This document shows positions 53,070 through 61,966 of a stretch of 64,000 nt of DNA, in pieces. Within the stretch, counting starts at the first letter, position 1. Each line of letters opens with the position of its first letter. The notes below the pieces were generated by a model, which was not told where the DNA came from, did no database searches, and worked only from the letters and a program-made list of their open reading frames with translations. A program made the position numbers and the translations under genes. The DNA comes from an uncultured Gammaproteobacteria bacterium (GTDB lineage Bacteria; Patescibacteriota; Microgenomatia; UBA1406; GWC2-37-13), in the NCBI GenBank assembly GCA_964579395.1, contig CAZOFT010000002.1, positions 66,071 to 130,070 of the forward strand, in the 5' to 3' direction.

Positions 53070-54977
53070 ATGTCAAAAATACTCGGGATCGATTTAGGAA
53101 CAACCAATTCATGTATGGCCGTTATGGAGGGCGGACAGGCAAAAGTTATTCACTCCAAAGAAGGAAGAAACACCATTCCTTCGGTCGTTGATCCGATCAA
53201 GCGTGTGGTGGGTGATGTGGCCAAGCGTCAGCTTGCAATAAACCCAAAAAGCACTATTTTTTCTGTGAAGCGATTGATGGGTCATAAGATTGATGATGAA
53301 TCAGTCAAGCGCGATCTGAAATGGCTTCCGTATGCGGTAAAAAGCGGTCGTGAGAATATGGCCGTTGTTGAAGTAGACGGAAAAACATTCACCCCGCAGG
53401 AAGTGTCTGCCATGGTTTTGAAAAAAATCAAAGAAGATGCAGAGTCTTACTTGGGCGAGCCGGTCACGCGTGCCGTGATTACTGTTCCTGCGTATTTTGA
53501 TGACGCGCAGCGCCAGGCCACAAAGCAAGCCGGTGAGATTGCCGGATTGACTGTTGAGCGCATTATTAATGAGCCGACAGCTGCAGCGCTTGCTTATGGA
53601 CTGGATAAAAAAGATGCACACACGATCGTAGTATACGATCTGGGTGGCGGCACTTTTGATGTCACTGTCTTGGAGCTTGGCGAAGGAGTCTTTGAAGTTA
53701 AAGCAACCAATGGAGATACTCACTTGGGCGGTGATGATTTTGATCGCGTGATTTTAGATCATGTTGCCGAAGAGTTTCAGAAAGAAAACGGCATCGATCT
53801 GCGAAAAGACCCGCAGGCATTGCAGCGATTGCGTGACGCCGCTGAGAAAGCCAAAATTGAGCTCTCATCCGCTATGGAGACAGAGATCAACCTGCCGTTT
53901 GTCACGGTCAAAGACGGTCAGCCGCAGCACTTGGTGATGAAGCTCACCCGTGCCAAGCTGGAAGCGCTTGTGTCAGAGCTTGTTGAAAAGACCTTCAAGC
54001 CGGTGAAAGAGTGTCTCAAAGATTCCGGGATCGATGCGAAAGCTATTGATGAGGTGGTCCTCGTTGGCGGCATGACACGTATGCCAAAGATCATTGAAGA
54101 AGTGAAAAAATACTTTGGCAAAGATCCGAATCGCGGTGTGAATCCTGATGAGGTAGTCGCAATCGGCGCAGCAATCCAAGGTGGTGTGTTGACTGGTGAA
54201 ACCAAAGATGTGGTCTTGCTTGATGTTACCCCGCTTACCTTGGGTGTCGAAACCCTCGGGGGAGTGACAACTGCGCTTATCACCAGAAATACCACTATCC
54301 CGGCCTCAAAGTCCGAGGTGTTCTCGACCGCGGCTGATAATCAGACTGAGGTGACGATTCATATTCTGCAGGGTGAGCGTCCCATGGCCCGTGACAACAA
54401 ATCACTCGGCCACTTCAACCTGTCTGGAATCCCGCCCGCACCGCGTGGCGTGCCTCAGATTGAAGTCACCTTCGACATTGATGCCAGCGGCATCTTGGAA
54501 GTCTCAGCCAAGGACAAGTCCTCAGGTGCGACTCAAAGCATCAAAATCAGCGGCTCAACCGGACTCACTCCGGATGAGATCGACAAGATGAAAGAAGATG
54601 CGGAGAAAAATGCCGAGGATGATAACAAGGAGAAAGAGCGTGTTGAGGCAAAAAATCATGCAGAGAATATGCTCTATCAGTCAGAGAAGGCGCTGAAAGA
54701 TCAAGGCGACAAAGTATCTGAAGACGTTAAAAAAGAAGTTGAAGAGAAAATCGCCGATCTGAAAGCGGCCATCGAAGACGAGAAGTCTGATGCAAAAGAT
54801 CTGCAGGATAAAACCGCAGCCCTTTCTGAATCATTGTCCAAAATCGGACAGCAGGCATATGAGCAGGCAGAAGCCGCAACAGAAGCCCAAGATGCTGAGC
54901 CCAAATTGGAAGACGATGAAGAGGGTGCAGAAAAGAAAGATTCAAAAGATGTTGAGGAAGGCGAAGTCGTCTCCTAA
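53070..54977 (+). CDS. dnaK: molecular chaperone DnaK (Hsp70)
   Basis: [20 protein letters not shown] and [10 protein letters not shown] signatures are present. It is 635 aa with an acidic tail. Confidence 0.98.
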   Translation: MSKILGIDLGTTNSCMAVMEGGQAKVIHSKEGRNTIPSVVDPIKRVVGDVAKRQLAINPKSTIFSVKRLMGHKIDDESVKRDLKWLPYAVKSGRENMAVVEVDGKTFTPQEVSAMVLKKIKEDAESYLGEPVTRAVITVPAYFDDAQRQATKQAGEIAGLTVERIINEPTAAALAYGLDKKDAHTIVVYDLGGGTFDVTVLELGEGVFEVKATNGDTHLGGDDFDRVILDHVAEEFQKENGIDLRKDPQALQRLRDAAEKAKIELSSAMETEINLPFVTVKDGQPQHLVMKLTRAKLEALVSELVEKTFKPVKECLKDSGIDAKAIDEVVLVGGMTRMPKIIEEVKKYFGKDPNRGVNPDEVVAIGAAIQGGVLTGETKDVVLLDVTPLTLGVETLGGVTTALITRNTTIPASKSEVFSTAADNQTEVTIHILQGERPMARDNKSLGHFNLSGIPPAPRGVPQIEVTFDIDASGILEVSAKDKSSGATQSIKISGSTGLTPDEIDKMKEDAEKNAEDDNKEKERVEAKNHAENMLYQSEKALKDQGDKVSEDVKKEVEEKIADLKAAIEDEKSDAKDLQDKTAALSESLSKIGQQAYEQAEAATEAQDAEPKLEDDEEGAEKKDSKDVEEGEVVS

Positions 54978-55000
54978 TATCACCTATTATTTTGATACAG

Positions 55001-55031
55001 TCCGCCTGCGGTGGCATGCCACCCGGGCGGA
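55001..55031 (+). other. GC-rich palindromic hairpin between dnaK and the dnaJ-like gene
   Basis: TCCGCCTGCGGTGGCATGCCACCCGGGCGGA contains the perfect 14-nt palindrome GGTGGCATGCCACC flanked by CCGCC/GGCGG. No U-tract follows. Confidence 0.4.
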
Positions 55032-55052
55032 TGTGTCATATTACGATACCCT

Positions 55053-55919
55053 ATGGCAAGCTATTACGACACACTGGGAGTAAAAAAAGGAGCGACTGTC
55101 GCCGAGATCAAATCGGCGTATCGCAAACTGGCGATGAAATGGCATCCTGATCGCAATAAAGAAGAAGGAGCTTCTGAAAAGTTTAAGGAAGTAACTCAAG
55201 CGTACGAAGTACTTTCTGATGAAAAAAAACGTGAGATGTATGATCAGGTCGGGCATGACGCCTATACCCGCGGCGCCGGTGCAGCAGGAGCAGGTGGTCC
55301 TGGTGCTGGATATTCTTATAATCAAGGGCCGTTCTCTTACTCCTATTCCACGAGCGGCAATCCTTTTGAAGGAATGAATGTTGATTTTGGCCAGGGAGGT
55401 GCAGATCCGTTTGATATTTTTGAACAGTTTTTTGGATTCGGTGGCCAGCGCGCTCGCCGCAATATATACGAAATCACCATCACGTTTGATGAGGCCTACA
55501 AAGGAACAGAAAAAGAAGTCGTCATCGGCGGCAAGCAGAAAAAGATCAAAGTGCCGGCTGGTATCGATGACGGGATGCGTATTCGCTTTGCTGATTTTGA
55601 TATGCAGGTGCGCGTAAAACCGCACGCCTTTTATAAACGCAATGACCAGGACATCTATTACGAATGCGACATATCATATCCTTTAGCAGTGCTTGGCGGC
55701 TCAGTCGAAATCCCACTTCTGAATGGGAAAAAATCAAAACTCAAAGTCAAAAGCGGCACCAAACACGGTGCGCGGGTGCGCATGAGTGGTGAAGGAATGC
55801 CCTATCCGAATGCCCGTCGTAAAGGTGACATGTATGTGGTTTTTTCTGTCATCATTCCTGACAAAGTAAGCGGTAAAGCAAAAAAACTGATCCAGGAGTT
55901 GGAGAAAGAGTTGTCATGA
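55053..55919 (+). CDS. J-domain co-chaperone, DnaJ/CbpA-like without zinc-finger domain
   Basis: It has a J domain ([32 protein letters not shown]), a G-rich linker and CTD I/II. The mature sequence has a single Cys and no CxxCxGxG repeats. The start is set at ATG 55053. Confidence 0.85.
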   Translation: MASYYDTLGVKKGATVAEIKSAYRKLAMKWHPDRNKEEGASEKFKEVTQAYEVLSDEKKREMYDQVGHDAYTRGAGAAGAGGPGAGYSYNQGPFSYSYSTSGNPFEGMNVDFGQGGADPFDIFEQFFGFGGQRARRNIYEITITFDEAYKGTEKEVVIGGKQKKIKVPAGIDDGMRIRFADFDMQVRVKPHAFYKRNDQDIYYECDISYPLAVLGGSVEIPLLNGKKSKLKVKSGTKHGARVRMSGEGMPYPNARRKGDMYVVFSVIIPDKVSGKAKKLIQELEKELS

Positions 55920-55926
55920 GGGCGCT

Positions 55927-56919
55927 ATGAAAATTGTCACATCAGCAACACATCTGGATAGCTATCGCCGCTACGTAGAATTAGAGCAGGCGACGCATCG
56001 CTTTCTCACGAATAAGCAGTATCTTCCGCTTACGCTCCCCGTTCTCTCACCGGCCCTTGTGCCGGAGTCGTATCTTGAAGTATTTGCCACAGAATATCGC
56101 TTTTTTCAGTCAAGAGAATCTTTGTATCTCACACCATCTCCGGAACTGTTTATGAAGCGCGTGTTGTGCGCCGTGCAGACTGATTGTTACTACTTGGGGA
56201 AAGCATTTCGCAACGCAGAAGCCTCCTCCTCAAAGCATTCCGGTGAGTTTGTCATGTTGGAATATTATCGTTTAGGCGCATCGTATTTGGATCTGGCAGA
56301 CGAGCTGTTGGAGTTGCTGCGGGTATTTGAAAAGGTGAGTGGACCGGTTATGGTGAGCGGAAAACGACTGCAGCTTGATGCGTGGGAGCTGCTGAGCGTG
56401 GATGAAGCATTTGTTCGCTATGCGAATCTGACACCGGGTACTATATTTGAAGAGCAGGCACTTTGCGTGGCCTGTCAAAAGCGAGGATACACGGTCGAAG
56501 GATTTTCTTACGAAGACTTGTTTTCGCAGTTGTATGTAGATGCAGTCGAGCCGCATCTGGGAACAAACGGTCGACCGACATTGATTTATGATTACCCGAC
56601 GGCGTTTGCGGCACTTGCCAAACTGAATGATGACGGAAAAACAGCACAACGATTTGAGTTTTATATCGGCGGGGTTGAGCTTGGAGACTGCTATAGCGAG
56701 CTCACCGACCCGGTTCAGCAACGAATGCGCTTTGAAGCAGAGCAGGCTGTGCGCAAAAAAACAGGGAGCATCGAACATCCGGTAGATTGGGGATTTGTCG
56801 AGGCTCTTGAGTCAGGGCTTCCTGAATGTGCCGGCATTGCGATTGGATTTGAACGGCTGGCGATGGTCTTTTTGGGTCTGGAGTCGATACACGATCTTCG
56901 ACTGGTTGATGTTGTATAA
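55927..56919 (+). CDS. epmA: EF-P lysine aminoacylase-like class II aaRS paralog (EpmA/GenX/PoxA-like)
   Basis: Class II core motifs are present: TPSPELFMKRVL, FRNAEASSSKHSGEFVMLEYYR, FEFYIGGVELGDCYSELTD and GIAIGFERLAMVF. There is no anticodon-binding domain. It lies immediately upstream of efp. Confidence 0.7.
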   Translation: MKIVTSATHLDSYRRYVELEQATHRFLTNKQYLPLTLPVLSPALVPESYLEVFATEYRFFQSRESLYLTPSPELFMKRVLCAVQTDCYYLGKAFRNAEASSSKHSGEFVMLEYYRLGASYLDLADELLELLRVFEKVSGPVMVSGKRLQLDAWELLSVDEAFVRYANLTPGTIFEEQALCVACQKRGYTVEGFSYEDLFSQLYVDAVEPHLGTNGRPTLIYDYPTAFAALAKLNDDGKTAQRFEFYIGGVELGDCYSELTDPVQQRMRFEAEQAVRKKTGSIEHPVDWGFVEALESGLPECAGIAIGFERLAMVFLGLESIHDLRLVDVV

Positions 56920-56927
56920 TAGGGGAT

Positions 56928-57497
56928 ATGAAAACGAATGCAGGCAATCTGAAAAAAGGCGATTTTCTTACTCATCAGGGAGATATTTGGCAAGTCCAGA
57001 AATCCGAATTCTACAGTCCCGGAAAAGGGTCAGCGGTGATGCGTACGAAGATTCGCAACGTGGTGTCGGGTAAGAATGTCGACATGACATACAAGTCTCA
57101 GGAAGTGATCGAAACGCTTGAGGTGACGAGTACCGAGATGCAGTATCTTTATAAAGATGATGAATTTGTATATTTCATGGATGAGCGCACTTACAACCAA
57201 TATCAACTTCCGGTATCGCTCGTTGGCGACTTTTCTAACTTCATGAAAGAGGGTAATAAGTACTTTGTGTATGTGCACAATGATCAGCCACTGAATGTAC
57301 GACCGTCAAATAGTGAAAAACTAACCGTTACTGAATGTGAAGATGCGGCAAAGGGGGACACCGTATCGGGTGCAAAAAAGCCTGCGACTGTCGAGACCGG
57401 CGCCACAGTCATGGTTCCGCTTTTTATTAAAGTGGGTGACGTGATTGCGGTAAATCCGGAGTCTGGTGAGTATGTCGAGCGCTTCAAAGCTGCGTAA
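56928..57497 (+). CDS. efp: elongation factor P
   Basis: It has the Lys-containing PGKG loop (LKKGDFLTHQGDIWQVQKSEFYSPGKGSAVMRTKIRNV). It is 189 aa with three OB/KOW domains. TATAAT (56915-56920) lies 7 nt upstream. Confidence 0.95.
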   Translation: MKTNAGNLKKGDFLTHQGDIWQVQKSEFYSPGKGSAVMRTKIRNVVSGKNVDMTYKSQEVIETLEVTSTEMQYLYKDDEFVYFMDERTYNQYQLPVSLVGDFSNFMKEGNKYFVYVHNDQPLNVRPSNSEKLTVTECEDAAKGDTVSGAKKPATVETGATVMVPLFIKVGDVIAVNPESGEYVERFKAA

Positions 57498-57547
57498 CTA
57501 CGAGATAGGCTTAGCACTTCAGAACGCTCCCTTCTTTTATTTTTTTC

Positions 57548-57567
57548 GTGTACGTTGTACACTTTTT
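57548..57567 (+). terminator. weak intrinsic terminator candidate after efp
   Basis: GTGTAC-GTT-GTACAC is followed by TTTTT. The stem is only 6 bp. Confidence 0.3.
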
Positions 57568-57572
57568 GATGT

Positions 57573-58199
57573 ATGTTGACTGTCGGTGAAATTCTCAAAA
57601 AAGAACGTGAGCGCCAAGGACTCACGCATGAAGATATCGAAAAAAAATTGAAAATCCGCAAACAGTATTTGCGTGCTGTGGAAGCCGGTGATTGGAGTGT
57701 ATTTACTTCAAAGATATACATAATTGGCGTCATTAAAAACTACGCGAAGCTTCTGGGTCTTCCCCATGATAAAGTATTGGCATTTTTTCGTCGTGAATAT
57801 GAACGCACCGAAGAGCTTGCGTTTAAAAAGCGCGTTTCACAAAAGCAATTTACTTCACAAACCCGCTTTGCCATCATTGCGGGAATCATGTCGGTTGCCA
57901 TACTCGTGATCAGTTATTTTGGATATCAGGTAAAGGCCCTTCTTACGCCGCCAAAAGTGGAAATCACCGCACCAATTGAAGATCATTTTGCACGCGTGAC
58001 GACTGTCACGGTAAAAGGTATGGCGCAAAAAGAATCGGAGATTACGATTTTTGGCAATCATATCTATCAGGATAAGGATGGTTCGTTTCAATACGACCTC
58101 CCGCTCAAGCTCGGGAAAAATACCCTTGTAGTTGATGTAGTCGGGCCAAACGGTAAAAGAACGCGTGTTGAGAAAATCTATTACCTGGACAAAAAGTAA
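57573..58199 (+). CDS. RodZ-like HTH membrane protein
   Basis: It has an N-terminal Xre-type HTH (LTVGEILKKERERQGLTHEDIEKKLKIRKQYLRAVEAGDW), a single TM (FAIIAGIMSVAILVISYFGY) and a beta-rich C-terminal domain. Confidence 0.65.
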   Translation: MLTVGEILKKERERQGLTHEDIEKKLKIRKQYLRAVEAGDWSVFTSKIYIIGVIKNYAKLLGLPHDKVLAFFRREYERTEELAFKKRVSQKQFTSQTRFAIIAGIMSVAILVISYFGYQVKALLTPPKVEITAPIEDHFARVTTVTVKGMAQKESEITIFGNHIYQDKDGSFQYDLPLKLGKNTLVVDVVGPNGKRTRVEKIYYLDKK

Positions 58200-58206
58200 G
58201 CTTAAC

Positions 58207-59517
58207 CTACAAAGGCAAGTGGAGGGATTTTTTAAGCAGATCACGTACGTGTTTGACATTCTGCGGACTCACGACATTGGTGAACGATAGTCGTTTGGCT
58301 TCGTCGATGATACGGTCTTGGAAAAAGACCGGACGCACTTCTCCCAACAGGCCTACTTCTCCCAAAAATACAGATTTTGCCGGCAGTGGAGTATTTTTAA
58401 ACGAGGACAAAAGTGCCGCGATAATCCCAAGATCTGCTGCAGTTGATTTGATATCGATCCCCCCAACCACATTCACATAGATGTCTTGCGTGTCCATATG
58501 TACATTGAGGTGTTTGCGCATGACGGCTAGAAGGAGCTGGACTTTGTTGTAATCAACTCCCTTTACAACACGGCGCGGCACGGGAAGTGTGGTGGGAACT
58601 GTCAGTGTTTGAATCTCAAAGTAGAGCGGTCGTTTGCCTTCTGATACGCCGACAATCGCACGGCCGGGCGTGGATTCATTGCCGTCAATAAACGCGGTCG
58701 GATTGGTGACTTCCTCAAGTCCTGCTTCATTCATGGCAAATATTCCCACTTCATCGGTCGAGCCAAATCGATTCTTACTTGCCCGTAGTACTCGGTGCAT
58801 GGATACTTTATCTCCTTCAAACAGCAAAACACAATCGACCAAGTGCTCAAGCGTCTTTGGGCCGGCCACATCTCCTTCTTTGGTCACATGTCCCACGATA
58901 ATCATCGGTTTGTTTAGGGACTTTGCCAGTGCAACCAACTGAATGGAACACTCTCGAAGTTGCGACACAGATCCCGCCATGCCGTTGACATCTTTGGAGT
59001 AGATGGTCTGAATGGAGTCAATAACGACCACGTCGACTGTGTTTGCTTGTTCTTTGATGGTTTCAACAATACTCTCTGTTTGGGTTTCAGTTGAAAAAAG
59101 GATTTGTGAGAGGTTGACTTTGAGTCTTCCTGCCCGATCGGCAACTTGCTCTGCAGATTCTTCACCCGATACGTACAGCACTTTCATGTGTTTTAGTGAC
59201 TGCAAGAGAAGTGTTGATTTGCCGATCCCTGGCTCACCGGTCAGAAGAACTACTTCTCCGCTTATGAATCCGCCGCCGAGGACGCGATCAAATTCGTAGA
59301 GCTTGGTTTGCAGTCTGTTTTTGGCACTCACTTTGACTTCAGAAAGAGGAGTCAGTGTGGAGGCTTCCACTACTTTTTTACGCGCCGCTCCTTTGCCTTT
59401 AGGTTCTTCTGTTGGATCAGCATGGCGCTTCATCGTATTCCACTCGCCGCAGTCGGGACACTTCCCCAGCCAGCTGCCGGAGCCGTAGCCGCAATTTGCA
59501 CAAATAAAAAACGCCAT
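58207..59517 (-). CDS. radA: DNA repair protein RadA/Sms
   Basis: It has an N-terminal zinc ribbon (FICANCGYGSGSWLGKCPDCGEWNT), Walker A GEPGIGKST, the KNRFG motif and a Lon-like C-terminal domain. Confidence 0.95.
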   Translation of the reverse strand: MAFFICANCGYGSGSWLGKCPDCGEWNTMKRHADPTEEPKGKGAARKKVVEASTLTPLSEVKVSAKNRLQTKLYEFDRVLGGGFISGEVVLLTGEPGIGKSTLLLQSLKHMKVLYVSGEESAEQVADRAGRLKVNLSQILFSTETQTESIVETIKEQANTVDVVVIDSIQTIYSKDVNGMAGSVSQLRECSIQLVALAKSLNKPMIIVGHVTKEGDVAGPKTLEHLVDCVLLFEGDKVSMHRVLRASKNRFGSTDEVGIFAMNEAGLEEVTNPTAFIDGNESTPGRAIVGVSEGKRPLYFEIQTLTVPTTLPVPRRVVKGVDYNKVQLLLAVMRKHLNVHMDTQDIYVNVVGGIDIKSTAADLGIIAALLSSFKNTPLPAKSVFLGEVGLLGEVRPVFFQDRIIDEAKRLSFTNVVSPQNVKHVRDLLKKSLHLPL

Positions 59518-59544
59518 GTGTTGGGAATAAAATGAGAAAATAAA

Positions 59545-61221
59545 CTACATCGTCTTGATTGTTTTTATGCCGAGTAGTCGAAGTGACTTACTGATGATGT
59601 CAGCTGTTTTTTTAACGATTGCCAGACGAACAATTTGAACATCTTCATCTGCTTTTGCGATAGGACATTGCTGATAAAAGTGATTAAAAGCTTGCGCAAC
59701 TTCAAATGCGAAGTGGGCGACATGGTGGGGTGCATACGTCAATGCAGCCTGTTCAATGATTTCATCAAATTGAGGAAGTAGCCGAAGGAGTGTTGTTTCT
59801 TCAGGTGTCGGTTCATATGTTTTGACCACGCTCCCCCACTTGTCTGAAACGTCGTTTAAGTGTGCGAGTTCTGTATTATTTACTATCCCTTGCGTACGCA
59901 CATACGTGTACATAAGGTATGGGCCCGAGTCCCCTTCTTTGGCGATGCTTGTTTCAATATCAAATGTTTTATTTGCACGGGCATCCGATTTTAGGAATGC
60001 ATATTTGATCGCGCCAAGACCGATGTGTTTCGCATCGGGTGCGGTGCTTTGAAACGCTTCTTGAATGGCTCCTGTAACATCGTCAACAAGAGAGAATGCA
60101 GTGATAATGTTGCCGGTTCGACTCGACATTTTTCCTGATGAGAGCTGGATCATGCCAAATCCGATATGAAGCAGCTTTGCGGATAGTTCCGGATTGATTT
60201 GCTCAATCGCTTTATATACCACTTTCATGTATTCATTTTGCTCTGAAGCGGTTGTGGTGATGCTTTGGTCAAATGTAAAATCTTCTTTTTTCTGAAATGC
60301 CAAGCCGAGCTCTTTTCCTTCATAAGTGGGGTTGCCGAAGCGATTGATAAACACACGGGTGTGTAAGCCGTAGTCCTCACCCGGAAATATGGTCGCACCG
60401 TCACTTTCTTGAAATACCGCAGGAGTATTGTCGGTTACGATTTGCTTGCCAAGATCTGCTATCTCAGTCTCAAAGTATGAGCGATCGTATTTGATGCCAA
60501 GCCGTTGTTCAAACGTCTGATAATAATCGACACACCATTGTCGAGTTTCTTTCCATAGACTCATCAACTCGGTGTCTGAGACGATATACAAATCTTTGTT
60601 GAGCTGATCGATTTCTTTTTTTGCTGCCTCATCATCTTCATATGCAGTGGCGCCCTCTTGATAGCATTTTTGAAGAAATAGCATACGGTCATTTGAATTG
60701 GATGTAGAATCAGATAGCGTATGTTTGCGGACCGACCACAAACACTTTGCCACATGGAGCCCGATATCTCCTTGATAGTTGGCGCGGATTACTGTGTTGC
60801 CTGCCGCCTCAAGTATTCGCGCGAGTGATTCGCCATACACATAGGAAAATAAGTGACCGATATGCGGTGATTTATGGGTGTTGGGTTGTCCGTATTCAAC
60901 AAGAATTGTTTTATTTGTTTTTGGCCGGTCATGCTCTTCTTTTAGATCATTCAAAAGAACAGTCGGCGAGAGAGTAAGATTTATAAATCCATTTACTTGG
61001 GTGGCGGTTTGGATGAGCGCATCGTCCGGGATTTTAGTAATGATTTCAGACGCCAGATCTGACGGCTTTTTCCCCAGGCGCTTTGCGTGCTTGAGGGCGA
61101 CGTTTGTGGCATAGTCTCCGAAATCCGGATTTGCCGGGTGAGTCAGATGGGGAGTGTCATCAATATCAACTGCCTGCAGTGCTTGCTTGACCAATGCAGT
61201 AACCTGGTCGCGGATCATCAT
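59545..61221 (-). CDS. argS: arginine--tRNA ligase
   Basis: It has a class I HIGH region (NTHKSPHIGHL), a KMSK-like GKMSSRTG, and the C-terminal DALR anticodon-binding pattern. It is 558 aa. Confidence 0.92.
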   Translation of the reverse strand: MMIRDQVTALVKQALQAVDIDDTPHLTHPANPDFGDYATNVALKHAKRLGKKPSDLASEIITKIPDDALIQTATQVNGFINLTLSPTVLLNDLKEEHDRPKTNKTILVEYGQPNTHKSPHIGHLFSYVYGESLARILEAAGNTVIRANYQGDIGLHVAKCLWSVRKHTLSDSTSNSNDRMLFLQKCYQEGATAYEDDEAAKKEIDQLNKDLYIVSDTELMSLWKETRQWCVDYYQTFEQRLGIKYDRSYFETEIADLGKQIVTDNTPAVFQESDGATIFPGEDYGLHTRVFINRFGNPTYEGKELGLAFQKKEDFTFDQSITTTASEQNEYMKVVYKAIEQINPELSAKLLHIGFGMIQLSSGKMSSRTGNIITAFSLVDDVTGAIQEAFQSTAPDAKHIGLGAIKYAFLKSDARANKTFDIETSIAKEGDSGPYLMYTYVRTQGIVNNTELAHLNDVSDKWGSVVKTYEPTPEETTLLRLLPQFDEIIEQAALTYAPHHVAHFAFEVAQAFNHFYQQCPIAKADEDVQIVRLAIVKKTADIISKSLRLLGIKTIKTM

Positions 61222-61265
61222 AGTAGTCTATTATAGTATATATTGTGGTGCTTGGCGCGTCGTCT

Positions 61266-61928
61266 TCAGGCTTTTTTTCTGATCTGGAAACACTCTTCTG
61301 TTTTGAGACCCTTTAAAATAAACCCCATGTCCTTTGTTTGAGAAATATGTTTTTGAATCGCCTCTTTTTTTATATCCAATACGCTCGACACATCAAAGAC
61401 TTGGTCGATATGCTCCTCAGCATATCCGGCCGGAAAATATACAAAGTACTCCCCTGGCTTACGCAGATTTTGATCATGACGCAGGCAGTAGTACATACAA
61501 GTATGCACATACGAAAGTCGTTCAAACAAAAAACTGCTGATCATTGACATTGCAATATGATCAAGGTGTCCTGATATACCATGATGTTCATACGTAAGGA
61601 GAGTGTCCGGGCGAAGATCATCAATAATCGCCTGACACTCGGCCGCAATTGCATGATAGTTATTGTTACAAAGACCGCCATCCTTATGATGTAAGAAAAA
61701 CACTCGCTTCACTCCCAACACTTCGCTTGATTGGGTAATCTCTTTTTGTCGCTGTGTAGCTAAGTCGATTCGATCACCATCGGGATGATGATTTTCCCCC
61801 GCGTCACCATTGGTTGCGCAGATAATGTATACATCGTGTGTTTTGGTCAGCAGGTGAATGGTGCCTGAAGGACCAAATGATTCGTCATCGGGGTGGGCAA
61901 ACAGACATACCAATGTGGGCTTTTGCAT
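61266..61928 (-). CDS. PIG-L/LmbE family N-acetylglucosaminyl deacetylase
   Basis: LVCLFAHPDDESFGPSG is the PIG-L AHPDDE signature, with a downstream HxDH motif (SGHLDH). Confidence 0.85.
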   Translation of the reverse strand: MQKPTLVCLFAHPDDESFGPSGTIHLLTKTHDVYIICATNGDAGENHHPDGDRIDLATQRQKEITQSSEVLGVKRVFFLHHKDGGLCNNNYHAIAAECQAIIDDLRPDTLLTYEHHGISGHLDHIAMSMISSFLFERLSYVHTCMYYCLRHDQNLRKPGEYFVYFPAGYAEEHIDQVFDVSSVLDIKKEAIQKHISQTKDMGFILKGLKTEECFQIRKKA

Positions 61929-61966
61929 ACGAAGTATTATCTAGGACTTGCCATGATTGCGCAAGA

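Noticed and set aside
57508-57530. TTAGCACTT after efp, which resembles a CIRCE half-site.
   Set aside because: Only the left arm is present, with no complementary GAGTGCTAA-like arm at N9. It lies between efp and a RodZ-like gene and not before a chaperone gene.
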